Shown here: piece after piece, positions 26,190 through 39,486 of the stretch | How the letters are laid out: every line of letters begins with the position of its first letter | Position numbering within the stretch: the stretch's first letter is position 1 | NCBI GenBank assembly: GCA_002633005.1 | Contig: NMRA01000243.1 | Coordinates: 523,718 to 587,717 of the forward strand | Direction of reading: 5' to 3' | DNA from: Phoronis australis | Taxonomy: Eukaryota; Animalia; Phoronida | Length of the DNA stretch: 64,000 nt | Notes under the pieces: model-generated | The model's input: only the letters and a program-made list of their open reading frames with translations | The model's database searches: none | What the model was told of the DNA's origin: nothing | Position numbers and translations under genes: made by a program

Positions 26190-27618
26190 TTGGAATTTCT
26201 CTGAAGTGTCATGGCATACAACTGAGCCCTTGTTTCAATAGTTCCCCTTCGCCCAGCACTGAATTAACATATAACGAGCAAAAAACATATGACGAGCATT
26301 GGCAATCACATGGGCACACGGTCCCCCCAGTCGAGAGCCGAACTACTTCAAAAAGCCCGGAGCACATTATCACTTATTCATGGGTTTAGGGATACACTTG
26401 CGGGCACTAGCACCAAAAAATCACTATAGGGTTTATTGCAAAGAAGCCGGACGGCTTTTGACACTTGTTTATTGGCACCACCATAGACATCACAAGATGT
26501 CTATGGGCACCACATTGTATGAAATAGCGACACATACTCGTCGCAAGATATGTTGACGTCAGCGCTGTTTGTCCTCACCTTCCTCGCAGGTTTATGCGAC
26601 ACCTCTCGGCCGCCCAGTGTTGTGGACAGAGTACGGGATGATATGAACGCAGACTGATTAAAACATTAAAAAACGAAATAAAATTAAATCGGGTAGCATA
26701 TGCTTTTAATCATTACTAGGTATGCGGATAATTAATATTTGAAATCCTAACATAGGCCTGCTACAGAGGACGCCACTTGGTATTTAAGAAGTAGTGACCA
26801 CAAAATTATACGTGTCACGCTAATCTTTTCTTCACTCGAAATGTTGGATTGCTTTTTGGACCCTTGTGTGTGGCAATTTCCGATGCAAACAGCAACCTTA
26901 TTGGTCTTCATGTGTCTGCCAAAAGGCTCGTTGATCACTGAGTTTTGATTAGTAACTAAGTAGGCCTATTTAAATAACAATTTTGATTTTTGCCTCATTT
27001 AAGCTTATACATAGATATTAAAGTACCGGTGCGATGGAAAGGAATTGTATGGAGATGCTCGTCCATCATACGAGAGCGAATAATAATCATTTCGACCCTA
27101 AAAATCAATGTAAACGAGAAAATAATATGGTTTGATAGCGCTTGATCACGCGGCGTGCTATCTACGTGGACTTACAGTACAAACTGTCACTGTCACTGGT
27201 ACATGGATATTTACTTATTTTGTGCACAACATAGTTCTACGTTTTGTAATTCCTCTAACCTTTGAGGACTGCCGTTGTCCCATTTACAGGAATCACAAAA
27301 AGGCACGTAGTCCTAAAATCGATACTATTGAAATTACAAGCCTCCTACATGTACATCAGAATCCGAGCTTGATTGCGAAGTCAACAGGATATAATGTCGA
27401 GATCGTTTTCAAATAACGCAGCGAATGTAGAGTGCAGAATGCCAAAAATAATAAAATATGTTGTTCGTAATTGTACATTCATTCAAAATCTTTAACAGCA
27501 ATTGTTTCAGTGTTTTTATGGCAACGTGATCACTTCTGCAGAAAGCAACATTAGCATCAAATTGAAGACTTTCGGGCGTTCTTCTACCTTTTCGGTGTCT
27601 TCAGTCTGCACACCTAAT

Positions 27619-28002
27619 AGCGGATTTGCAGCGCAGACGAACTATGCATTGCGCATGTGCGAGTTACTTCCTTCGCGAAGGCTCATGGGATAGCTTGTGG
27701 TCAGGCATGTCTTGAGCAGGCTGGATAGTGTGTGCATTTGGAGTGATTTGCAAACTAAAAACCATGTNTATCCATTTTCACGAAGTTCTTGGTTTGCTGG
27801 GTACACATAAAAACTCAGATTTTTATCTCTCTTGTTGTTTTTGAAGCAGCCAGGAACACAACAAGTGTATCCGCCGTAAGTTTTCTTCGCGCTCATACCG
27901 CGTATTATGCTTGTTACTATGGCCGCTTTCAGAATCCTGACCACAGCACCCACAATGCACCATTTTAACCTAATTTCAATATGGCGTCGCTGCAAATCCG
28001 CT
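27619..28002 (-). mobile_element. ISL2EU-like non-autonomous DNA transposon carrying a THAP N-terminus
   Basis: Perfect 15-bp TIRs agcggatttgcagcg / cgctgcaaatccgct flanked by AT on both sides. Interior reads [40 protein letters not shown] (THAP start); an N lies at 27768. Confidence 0.8.
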
Positions 28003-28455
28003 ATTCACCACTCGCTTGAAATTAGGCCGATGCATCGCATTTAGCGGGGTCATGCAAGATGATGCTTGTGGAGCACAAGATTTGCGTAGTATTTGATGAG
28101 TACATGTAGTCGACGCGATCTTACACAAAAGTAGAACTACACGTTCAGAACGGCGACTCGGGAGAATGGATTAGGGGCGCAAAATGTATTATAAACTCGC
28201 GCGTGACTCGGACGCCCAAAGCTCTGCTGAAGCTTTTTCTAACTGACGTCGTCTTGCTGGTAATCAACGGTTTAACCCAAATGTGATAAAAGAGTCCATT
28301 TCCTGTCATTGTGTCGTATCGAAATTTTACATTTTTTGTTGAAATATTTTAGTAATGTAAGCCTACAAATCATGAATCTCCCAGCAGAGTTTCCCAGTTT
28401 CAAAGCTGGGCACTCAGACGCCAGTTATGAAGATTTACTTGTTGACACTGTTCAC

Positions 28456-28598
28456 CTTTGCCGTTGAGGTTTGTCTATAGACGATGATTTCCGGAGTGCG
28501 GGTGGCTGAGACACAGACGACGACTTCCGGGGTGGTCCAGCGTAGCTTGTCCTTCTGCCGCCAACGCCGGTTGTGCTGCCAACGATCGCGTTATTCAT
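28456..28598 (-). CDS. Small polybasic CAAX protein, main exon (with 22820-22733 gives 76 aa)
   Basis: Acceptor tttatttcttcag|g ATG at 28600/28599; MNNAIVGSTTGVGGRRTSYAGPPRKSSSVSQPPALRKSSSIDKPQRQ(R); donor AAAG|gtgaac in phase 2 matches the 22820 acceptor; GC-richer than the flanks. Confidence 0.7.
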
Positions 28599-30425
28599 CC
28601 TGAAGAAATAAAAAGCTCTTTAAGCACATAATCCGTCAATCAAACAGGCCTGTTAACAATGTGCCGCACTCAGTGAAGTGAATTGTTAACAGTGGCAGTT
28701 AAGACAAGATAATTGTTTATTACATCGGTTCCCAGTGTAAACGATGTTTGATAATAACACGTCGACAAGACATTCCAGCTCAAAGTTTTTATGTCCCTAC
28801 GCTCATGCGCATTAACTGTCAATTAGACCATGTTTTATGAAAAAACGTGCATTATAGTGTATGCACGGGACCAATTCATGTAGATTAATGTGTGTGACAC
28901 GCAATGGGATTTGAGGTAGTAAAGTAAAGCCTTTACCACCTGGGGTTTAACTAATTCTCCAATCAAAAATAATCTAGATTTACGATGACTAACTCTATAA
29001 TTATGAGTGGCAAGCATCAATAATTTACAAGCTGAGTTCAACGAATTCGTATTTAGAACCCCACCAATGCCTTCCGGGGCGTCGTCTGTTGGTTTCAGAT
29101 GAACGTTCTTGGACCAGCATTACCAATCAATAGACCCTGACAGGGACGAAACATTACATAAAAATTGGACTTTCTATCGATTTCTGAATCCGACGATCTT
29201 TTGGCGAATTATTTCCCAACAAGGTTCATACAAAACGATGCAACCTATACGTGTAACGCGAGCATCAAAATAGTGAGGTGATTACGAACTAACTAAACTA
29301 TTTTAATTTCAAGACATTCCTGAAATTCCTAAAAACAAGTTGATGGTCAGCAACAATCTAGCTTTATTTTCTTGACGATAAAGCAACGAGATCTGTTAAT
29401 AATAAATACTCCATTCAGTAGATAAAGTTTGTTGACTCCGAAAGATTTTCAGCTTCTGTGTAAGTGACCTGAGAAAATGTTTCTAAACACTGCGGCAACT
29501 TGGTCATTGCATGTAGTTTGTTGACGCTAATATCCCTCATTCTTTCTAACTTCAACGTTCGCATATTTGCACCTGACTATCCTTAGAAAATGTGTCCACA
29601 CCCTTCTTCCAGACTGCGTGAGATCACGCGATAAGCAAATGAAGCGTGCAGAAAGCAGTAAAGCAGTATAGAAAACCTATCCCACTAAACAAATCTTCGT
29701 CTGGCTCTTCTTCAAAACATCGCTTGATCAATCGTCTGCTTGACAATGCACTGTCTTACTTAGACAGTGAAATACGGACAGACAGATATCATCAATTGCA
29801 AGTCTGATTTGCATGTCGATGAATTCGAGGACACAAACTAAGTAGAAAATTATCCGTACAGCTTAACCGATTAACCAGCTCATAGCCGTCTCAATAAAAC
29901 AGTGTCCGGTTTGTAATTCGAACTCCAATTTGTCTGTATGACATTTCGGTTCTACTTAAGTGTCTGTGATTCTGTTCTCGAGTATTCGGATGTTTAGTGA
30001 TGACGACGTGCGCATGTGCTAACTCAGTACCTTCATCTGCAGAGCTCACGAAAATATTCGTCTTTTTCCATCCGTTGTTGTACTAAAATAGAGATGTTAC
30101 CGTACAACACTTTATACCGTAATACATACCACTTCTGTCTTCAACTTACCGGCAAATCTTACCTGAATTTTACTCAAGTTTCTCTTTTCTAAACCTGCTG
30201 ACATCACTGAGTTATCTCCCGCCATAATAGATCCTTCGCTTGCACTGACTTGGAATGTTAAAGGTTTGTCATAACATATCTACTCTATTACCCGATTCAC
30301 TCACATAGTTACCATCCCATCGATGCTCAAATAATCTCTTAATTGGTGTCAGTATCACCTGGACATGTTGGTTCCTAAACTCCCTACAAATAACACCGGC
30401 ACTTTGTTGCCGGCGGTCTGCCATA

Positions 30426-32158
30426 GTGTCATACTCAGAAGACGACAGACACGATATGCCAGTTAAACGTATTCTGGACATTGGTATAGATACGCCCAAT
30501 GAGGGCACAAGCCCCTATAACTCCATACATGATATATCTTTCCACACTGACGATATATGCAAAATGCTGCAGAATCTCCACCCTCACAAAGTCGTTTGGC
30601 CAGATGAAACATCTCCTCACATTCTTAAAGCAGCCAAGGAAGAAATTGCACCTTTCCTTCAGGAAATCTTTACCAAAACCTATGAATCATCTACAATTCC
30701 GTCAGAATGGCGAACTGCAAATGTAGCACCCATCTTCCAAACGACGATAAAACATTGGCTTCAAATTACTGCCCAATATCACTCAGTTGCATATGCTTCA
30801 AACTTATAGAGCACATAGTTGTCAGTAACATTATGCCTCAACGTGACACAAATAATATACTTTACACCTGGCAGCAGGGTTTTCGTAGTCGTAGATTGTG
30901 CGAAACACAACTTGTCACATTCATTGATGACCTACTCCAAGCTATGGAGGCAGGCACTCAAACCGACGCGGTTGTGCTGGACTTCTCCAAAGCCTTTGAT
31001 AAGGTGTCTCATCCAAGACTCTTGGAGAACATCAGATGCTACGGTGTAGGGGTCTCACCCACAATTGGATTCAGTCTTGTCTATTTCATAGGACTCAGAG
31101 AGTCGTCGCCGATGGTGAGTTCTCAAATTCCTAACCAGTTCACTCAGGGGTGCCCATGGCTCTGTCCCTGGTCATACACTCTTCATACTCTATATTAACG
31201 ACCTTCCTGACTCCATTCTTTAAAATGTCCGTCTCTTTGCCTATGTAGACCTATCGCTTCCTCTCATGATTGCCAAATACTTCAACACGACTAACAATCC
31301 CTAGCCTCCTGGGAAAAATCCTGGAAAATGAACTTCAACGTTTCCAAACGCAGTATTCAACGTGTCCACAGAAAATTTTACCCCATAATATACAATTACA
31401 GTCTTCAAATGCATAAATCAAGCTTCAAACCTTGGGGTCACTCTTACCAATGATTTATCGTGGAACACTCATAAAGAAACGACCTCTAAGGCAAACAGAG
31501 CTCTTGGTTTCATTAAACGCAACCTCAAACATACACCTCGTGAAACAAAGGCCTTGGCCTCTACTTCACCAGTGAGGCCCAAACTTGAGAATTCCTCCTC
31601 TGTCTGGGATCAATCCACTCACTGACAAGATAGAAAGAATACAGCAAAGAGCAGCCAGGTTCGTCCTAAATGCCCACTCCAGATACTCCTCTGTTTCGAC
31701 TATGCTCACCACTCTCAAATGGCCCAATCTTCAAGAAAGACGTCCTCAAAACAAACTGTCTTTCATGTACAAAACCGGTACACAACCTGGTTGTCATTCC
31801 CCAAACACACCCTCCACCCCTACATATTTCTAGATCACGTAATTCTCACTCTCATACCTTTGAGAGAACGTATACTGCATACTACGCAAAGTCTTTCTTC
31901 CCATCTACTATTTTACTCTCGAATAGACTCCCACAACATGCCATCCCATCGGAAACAACAGAGATGTTCACAAGTCACATCTTGAACATCAACCTTACTC
32001 AGTAAACTCTAACATTTGTTTTTATCCTGGCACTATCCCGCACTTTGTTTTGTTGTTATTTTCACAGCTATGCTCAGTTCAAATTATCACTAACATGCGC
32101 CAACATATAAGGATCGGTATTTCGAATGTTTGTTGAAACTGGAAGAAGAAAAAGAAGA
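30426..32158 (+). mobile_element. 5'-truncated, decayed non-LTR retrotransposon (CR1/L2-type LINE), reverse transcriptase pseudogene
   Basis: Motifs across frameshifts: IPSEWRTANVAPIF, NYCPISLSCICFKLIEHIV, QQGFRSRRLCETQL, LDFSKAFDKVSH, LYINDLP, VRLFA (catalytic DD lost near 31240), KIERIQQRAARFV, SSVSTMLTTLKW, SFFPSTI; (GAA)n tail at 32142-32158. Confidence 0.92.
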
Positions 32159-32160
32159 CT

Positions 32161-32274
32161 TGTCGTGGCAGTAGATGACGCAATTTGGACCCAGAAATAA
32201 GAATAGACATGCCGTCACACTGGTCCAAAACGTCATAGCGACGTCAAAATGACGTCAGACTAAACGTTCCTATA
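32161..32274 (+). repeat. Dispersed ~110-bp repeat, copy 3, abutting the LINE tail
   Basis: Matches 13248-13362 end to end. Confidence 0.85.
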
Positions 32275-32884
32275 TTAAGGACTACATGGATGGAGGTCTG
32301 ATTCTAGTTCACTCTTCACCACCCCGTTAGATAGGTTCGAGTTTGAGGACGAAATTTAGAGTTTGAATTCGACATTTTATATGTTTTAATGTTGTAAGAC
32401 GTCAAGATAAGTGTCTGTTTTTCTCTGTGCGTGATTGTGTCTCGGTTTGTACTGATGCGTGTATAGTCTTAGTTCGCGCTTGAAGACCCCTAACCTGCGT
32501 TTGAGCTACAAAAAACTCATGATTTCAGTTAAAAACTCAAAGTTCAGACCCTAATTTATAGCGTTACATGTAATTCTGGAGTCACCAAGTGCAGCTTAGA
32601 TAAAGTCATCCGAGAAGGTCCTAGTGCATTCGAGCACATTATAATCGACACTTATTTTGAATTCGCTCAAAAGTAGAACGTGAAATGTAAAAAAATTGAG
32701 TTCGATTTCGAGTACAACAATTAGAACCCCGGACCTAGGAGTCTTCAAGTGTGGACTTGAACTAGAACCTTTTCTGTGTAAAGCATGGTGTACCGAACAC
32801 AATCATAGACATTTACCTTGAGTTCATTCTAAAAGGAAAAAGAAAAGAATTAAAAAGAATTTGGAATTCGTTTTCGGAGATTAT

Positions 32885-33275
32885 GGCCCAGGGTCTAATT
32901 TTTTACGCAAAATCGATCTCGTAATTATATTTTGGCGTTTTCTGTTTATCTATTTTTGTGCGAACTCAAGATAAGCTTCTATTATTCTGTGCTCGAGTGC
33001 ATAATGCCTCACGTGGATAACTGTCTAATCCTAATTGTCACTTGACGGCCCTAACATTAAGCTAAAAGTTTGAGTCTGAACTCGATATTTCGAGTTTTAA
33101 TTCGAAATGTTTGACCAGAGTTCGTAGCTCGAATCTAGGGGTTATCAAGTGCATAAACCATTATGCACTCGAGCATAGAGTAACAGACCTTGAGTTCGCA
33201 CAAAAGTAGATCAACAGAAAACAACAAAAATAATTTCTAGTTCCATTTTGCATACAAAGATTAGATCCCCGGCCC
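32885..33275. repeat. Diverged inverted repeat with ~120-bp arms (foldback/MITE relic)
   Basis: tttgtgcgaactcaag...tgctcgagtgcataatg (to ~33006) vs cattatgcactcgagca...cttgagttcgcacaaaa (from ~33159). Confidence 0.7.
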
Positions 33276-35077
33276 GGGCTCGAGGCTCTATTCCTTTTAA
33301 GTTGTACCCCCATTATAGAGACAGACACGTAGTGCATATCAAGAGGTTTAGAAGGTAGTTGAGTGACAGTCTGGTAAAGGATTGACCTCACTAAGTTGCA
33401 ATGTTTCGTTTCTCTCTACAGCACGCTGACTTCGCGATTGCAATGACATGCCTACGCGACCACCTCAGCTTACGAACTTTGCGAAAGCGGGCTCCAGGGG
33501 GCTCATAACATGCCCTCTTTAATAGATCTGTACAAAAACCAAGAAAACATAGAGAATAATCAAAACTGTCACAACACCAGTGCATCTGAATTACAATGTC
33601 AAAACACGGCGTGTCCATATCTACAACGATGATCAAAAATGGCAGTGCTTTGAATCGCTTTCAGAGTGTGTGTTTCCTTCCGAATATTGATAAAATGAAA
33701 TAGTTAGAATATAAATTCACACTCATAAGCTTCGTAGCGGTCCCGTGTAGGTTTTTAATGCTCAAAAGTCCTAATGAAAATTTAGCAAGGCAGCCACATA
33801 AAGTTGAACTATGTGTATCTCCGCCTGAAAGAATTCTACGTCGACACCCTAGCAGGTCGAGATTGGGCAACTCGACCGGTTTGCGCACCACAGAATTTGC
33901 CGGTTCAGATCAAACACACCGTGCTGCTGAGGTTGTTTAAATCGCATCAAGCTGCTGATGTTATCCTTCTCTAGATAATGAGACCATCCTAAACACATTA
34001 GGAGCGACAATAGGTTTTTTAAATTTTCGTTTCGGAAGTTTGTAAATAGCATATTTGAATAGTTCGTGATTAGGTTTTTGAATTTCGAGAATTAGACTAG
34101 GAATGTGACTTTTACGACCTGAAACATTTGTTCAATGTTGCAATGATATGTTCTTCATTAATCTTGGTAGGTGTGTAACATAATTGGAACAATTACCAAA
34201 CCACGTGGCAGAGTTGGGTATTGAGATAAGAGAAGTGTTATCGTTGGCATGACTTCTCGGTCTTCTTGCAAGGTGTTCTGGATCCATGCAAAGGAGGTAA
34301 GCGCTGGCGTTTGCTTATTCCGAAAGTCTATTAATTTTACCTCCAAACAGCACGTACATAGAATAACATATTTTTACACGACTATTGATACGTGTCTCCT
34401 CTGATTGGTTATAACGGTGACTTCCGTTATGAGACGATGTTGTCCGGCAGCCGAGTGACATCACTTTCCAAACCGCTCTTTTCGTGAACGAACTGACCAA
34501 ATACAGGCTGAAGAATGGACAAATCCATGAACTTGTAAACAGTGTTAGCGGGTAGACGTTGATAGTCCACCAAAACAGGAAAAACATGACAATCTAACCG
34601 ATGACGAAATCAGAGGATCGGTGGTCGTACAGTAGAACAAATTGACAGTGATCTCTGGGGAATGTCGGGCCATGTGGACCAAGGGTGATCAATTTTGCAC
34701 TACCTCGGATGCAATATCAGGTCTAACGCGCCAATGGAGAGTAATGCTACACGAGGCCGACGGATTGGTCCATGTTTGTTTTCTTATACGACCCCTGACG
34801 ATTCTGTCCTCATCTCTTCACTTGTTAGACTGGCATGTTTTACTACCTGTTTTTGTACTGCCACAGTCATCTCGCTCTTGTTTATACAACCTGGGTATTA
34901 TGGTTCCCACAGCGTGTGATTGGTCAGTTCACGATTAGTAGCGTCTGTTGTCAAGGCGGCTTGAATAAAAAAATTGGCCTCAAAACGTAATTTATTGCAT
35001 TGCATTTTAGTCAATCAGATGACAGAAGTGTCAGTGGTCGTGCAACATAACTTGCGATTGCTCTCGGAAACAGTCAC

Positions 35078-35239
35078 CAGGGGCGGATCCAGGATTTTGA
35101 GTTGGGGGACAGGGCAAAGTGTTAGCCAGGATTTTGACATTTGCACTCCCGAACTGCCAAATGGAATATTAGAGAATTTGAGGGGAGGAATCCATGGCCC
35201 CATTGCCCCCCCACCCCCCACCCCCTAAATCCACCACTG
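35078..35239. mobile_element. CAG..CTG MITE with 5-bp TSD (gtcac), hAT5-like
   Basis: caggggcggatccagg ... ctaaatccaccactg; gtcac at 35073-35077 and 35240-35244; inverted homolog of the 51409 and 53833 copies. Confidence 0.9.
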
Positions 35240-36234
35240 GTCACTATGTATATATTATATCGTACTCAGTGCGCACTACGTGTACTTGATTAAGTCCTCT
35301 TTTGCAATAACTATAATACAGACAAGTGTAGTATTATCGGGATTTGGGACTTGCTCACGCAAAGGTTACGGGATATTTACAACGCTGATTCCTAAAGCAT
35401 AAACATCATTTCCACAAGTCATCAGTCTTTCCTTTAATATTGTAACTGACTATTTTTTCTTGGAGGCTGTGATAATATTGATATCGACGTGGGCCGCATT
35501 GTCTGTTCAGCGGAGACCGATCATTCGAAAAATCAAATGTTATTTGCATGCACGCTTTGAACTAATATTGTACTTAAAGTATTATGACTATAATCGTTCA
35601 GCCATGATAGTTTGATTTTTCCCAGCATTAAAATAAAAGTAGTCCAAAGCGTATCAAAACCATGAGCCTAATCACTTTGCTTTGACTGTACATATATAAT
35701 ACTTCGACATTTATACAGTCCCATGTTCGATATCGCACTGAAAAATACATAATTTCAAGTCTCGCTGTTATTGAAAAGTTCTTTGTAAGATTGAGAACAG
35801 TTCAACTACTGATTCACGCATCCTGGATTAAAGAACTTAATCAAACGATCCTGTTTTACCATAAAACAAAAAATTACATTTTCTACGCAGAGCCTAAACG
35901 GAAATTTGCAAGCAGTCGTAAATTTTGGCGCAAATCTTGGTTTAGACTCTGGGTGAAAAATGTCCGAAACTAAACACATTTTAGTGAAACAGACTTGTGT
36001 CATGAGAGTCACTTAAGACTTAAGACAGAAAGTTGGCCTTATTCTCCCACTTCACAATTGCTAAAAACAGTTTAGTCAATCGCCAGGATTTTGAGTGACG
36101 GCTTAACTGACCATTTAGAACTCATCATTCTTGACACACCTTCGTTTCCAAGCCGCCATTTTACCCGACAATCAACACGTTGCCGGGTAAAACTTATTGT
36201 TTGTTAGTCGACATTACACAAAGGGGTGGAGCCA

Positions 36235-36662
36235 CCCGTTCCAAACGCCGTAAATGCAAGCCGTTATATGCTTGCAGCTCGAGGTAATATACTACTACAA
36301 TACATTATACACCGTAACACTCTTCAACGAGTCCTACATTCGTGTTACAGTGCGCTCCAGGATCAAGTCGATATTTACTTTTGTTGCCAAGATTTTGGCT
36401 TATATTCAGCTTCGAGACTAGTGGCAATATGTATTTTCCGCGGAATTTAAAAAGTGGCAGCCTCAGATAAAAGAACCGCTAACGCAGGTCTCGCGATTTC
36501 ACACTTGTTCTCGTTGTTCAAAGAAAAGGCCGTCTGGGTGTGGGCTTGTTAAAAAGTGTTACAATGTATAATTTATTGTGGTAATATATTACAGTGAGCT
36601 GCAAGCATGTAACGGCTTGCATTTAATGGACTCTTGAATGGTGGGCGGCGTTTGGAACGGGG
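36235..36662. mobile_element. Foldback/MITE with ~100-bp diverged inverted arms
   Basis: ccgttccaaacgccg..taaatgcaagccgtta.atgcttgcagctc (left) vs gagctgcaagcatgtaacggcttgcattta..cggcgtttggaacgg (right). Confidence 0.7.
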
Positions 36663-39245
36663 GGCGGAGCTTAGTATAGGTCAATCATGAGCGCACCCAA
36701 GTCTAGAAAAAAATTATGGAGATTATCTCAGTAACTAGCAGTTGTGTGTGTGTGAGTGTTCAGAGTCTTTGCACATTTGCTCAAATGAGATTAATTTTTT
36801 TCAGAAGTAGTGTGGAGCGTAAGACCAAATTTCTTACATAAGTCCCCGTTTCATTAAATTAGGTTGCGTGAACCATTAGATGATTTGAACCCAAGCATGT
36901 TCTCGATGCTGCAAAGAACTTGAAAGCACGACTGTCTTCTTCAGCGTGGAATCGAACATATGATTAATGTTGGAAACTGCAAGGGAGTATCTTTGTTAAT
37001 AACCAATACATCAGCTCAAAAAACAGATTTTTCCCAGATTCTGTTAAATAGACATAAATCATAAGAAATTCCCAGTGTATTGACAAAATACATGTTGAGT
37101 GTGCTAGTACTAACAAAACCAAATTCCAATAGGTTTTCATGGAACCAAAAACGGCCTTTGCCGGTTATATTTCGCTTCTTTTTCTTTTTGTCTTTTTGTA
37201 ACCACGACGAATCAAATTGTCTGCCATCTATGCTCACAGATTTTTACCTAATGACGTCATTTTTAATTAGTAGTGACCGAGCGCTAGCCAATGAGCTAAG
37301 TGAATGCTGTATTTTCACCGCTAGGTGGAGTCAGTGACAAGCCAACAGTAAAATTACTAATCTTCGAGTGAATAAGTACTTTTGGAGGGATTGCTTTTTT
37401 GGCAGTTATATTTGCCGTATCATTTCTGCAGATACAATTCTTTGTGCGTGTGCGGGTCAATAATTGCTGTGCAATGCAAGTGGGATATGTATGTTACTAA
37501 ATTCCCCAACTCTGTTTAGACTCAGTGTTGATTTACTGACCACTGAGACAAAATATGAAGTTTTGAATAGCACGATAATTTCTATTAAAACTGCTAAACC
37601 AGAAACCAATTCCACTAAAATCATATCAACATGCCGTAGGAAAACGACCGATAGACAAATGGGCAAGTTTAACTTAAAACGCTATTGACTTTCGACAAAA
37701 AAATCCGGGTATTGTAAAAGATTGATATCGTTTTATAGAGTACCTTAGAACGACTCTAAAACAACTTCATCGTTGAGTTAAACATGCTCGGATTCACGTT
37801 AGCAACTTCCAAATAACTCGCGCATTCGTCAATGAAAAAGTTGAATATTTGGAGTTTGTTTACCCTCCAACAAAAGAAAAATTTCGAAATACTGTAGCTG
37901 CTAAAAATATTAAAATCTGAAATGGCCTCATTTAGAGTTCAAACCTCGACGCACTTACAGGGCCTCACGTACAAGTACTGTGTACATAATATGCATTCAA
38001 TGTTCGGAAGTATCTTTTGATGCTTCAGTCAAAACGCTTGTGTTCTCTGATTCGGAAGTGACATGTAAAGTTATTAGCTGATTTCCGAGACTAATATGCA
38101 ATATTCAAAAACTTGACGTGCTAGACTGAATTTAGTCTTAAAGCCGGGAAATAGAGTCCAGCATCAGACACGAGTTATGCCAATGAATTTGTATTGTTTC
38201 GAATTGGAAATCGGGCCCTGATTTATACACTTCCGCACTGGTGTATATCGTTTTCAGACCGGTTATATATGCGTTACACATATAAAACTGAGCGACAACC
38301 TTATTCCAGGAAATCGGTCAACACAAAGGCAGCTTCGGGGAAATGCGCAAAACGTACCGGCGTGAGCTCTCCTTAAAATACTACCTTACCTCAATTTAGA
38401 CACATAACCTGTCAAATGGCCTCAGTTCAAAATGACGCGTACACCCAGTGGATCACTGGCACCATTCAGCGTCCAACGATTTCATGACCTTTTACTGTAG
38501 CGTCAGCTGTTTGCATGAAGTTACATGTATATAGTAGTATATCGACCGCGTGGATGGCGCTAGTTTGACATCTAACCAAATAAATCTGCATAACACAGAA
38601 TCTCTGCATGCAATAGGAAGCGGCGTTATTTCTAGACATGTATTGTTGTTGTTGATCTCTTGGGGATGTTCGCACATGATCTATCAAGATTTAATTGGTC
38701 ATTTTTTAAGAACCGTCACATAGTAACATACAATATGATTAGCCATTGGGAATACTTTTACATGTTTTGTTTTATGTGCCCTAGCGTTGGATTAACATGA
38801 AATTGCTTTGAGAAATGTCGTGTTTAAAGCAACTCTAACACGCTATAGTGTATCGGGCAAAATTTGATGCATGCTGTCGCATTCAAATGGTGAATCATTC
38901 TACTTAATTCCCAGAGGACGTAATCGTTAAAACTGCAGAAACAGCGTGTTTAAGAACAACAGCATCATAAACTATTTACAGTCTAAACACAGAAGCCGAT
39001 CACTTGAGAGAACGTCTAAAACAAATGACATTAAAATTCATTAAATTGAATAAAGTTGAAAGGTGGAAATATTTCCGCTAACACGGCGTTGACATACCGT
39101 CGGATCTGAGGTAAGACGGATCATCTGATTTTTTGTCTGAAAAAATCACATGTAATACTAAACTCTCACCAGGGTATAGATTTCAGTAGCTCTCTCGCAG
39201 CAAGTAAAATGTAGCCAAAATCACGTGCTCTCTTCGAAAGTACTT

Positions 39246-39486
39246 GAGCCTGTTCCAAGAAACTGACTTAAGTTCATTTTTGACTTAAGTTTAAGATTTG
39301 TCATAAATTCCAAACTTCGACATTCGGTAAGTTAGTCAAAATTAAGACAAAACTTATGTCACACACTTAAGTAGAACTTTAGATCTCTTTCTTGAATTGG
39401 TTTTAAGACAAATTTAACTTGTATTTTAAAATTTACTAAAATTTAAGATTTGTCTTAGCTAAGTCTGTTTTGTTGGAACGGGCCCC
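39246..39486. mobile_element. Harbinger-like MITE relic
   Basis: gagcctgttccaagaaactgacttaag vs ctaagtctgttttgttggaacgggcccc; internal ttaag(a/t) repeats; a related relic lies at ~45813-46061. Confidence 0.55.

Noticed and set aside
30163-30225. ATG segment MAGDNSVMSAGLEKRNLSKIQ with three stacked minus-strand donors, as a coding first exon of the CAAX gene
   Set aside because: The donors fall in phase 0 or 1 and give an immediate stop when joined to 28599; at most a 5' UTR exon with a uORF.
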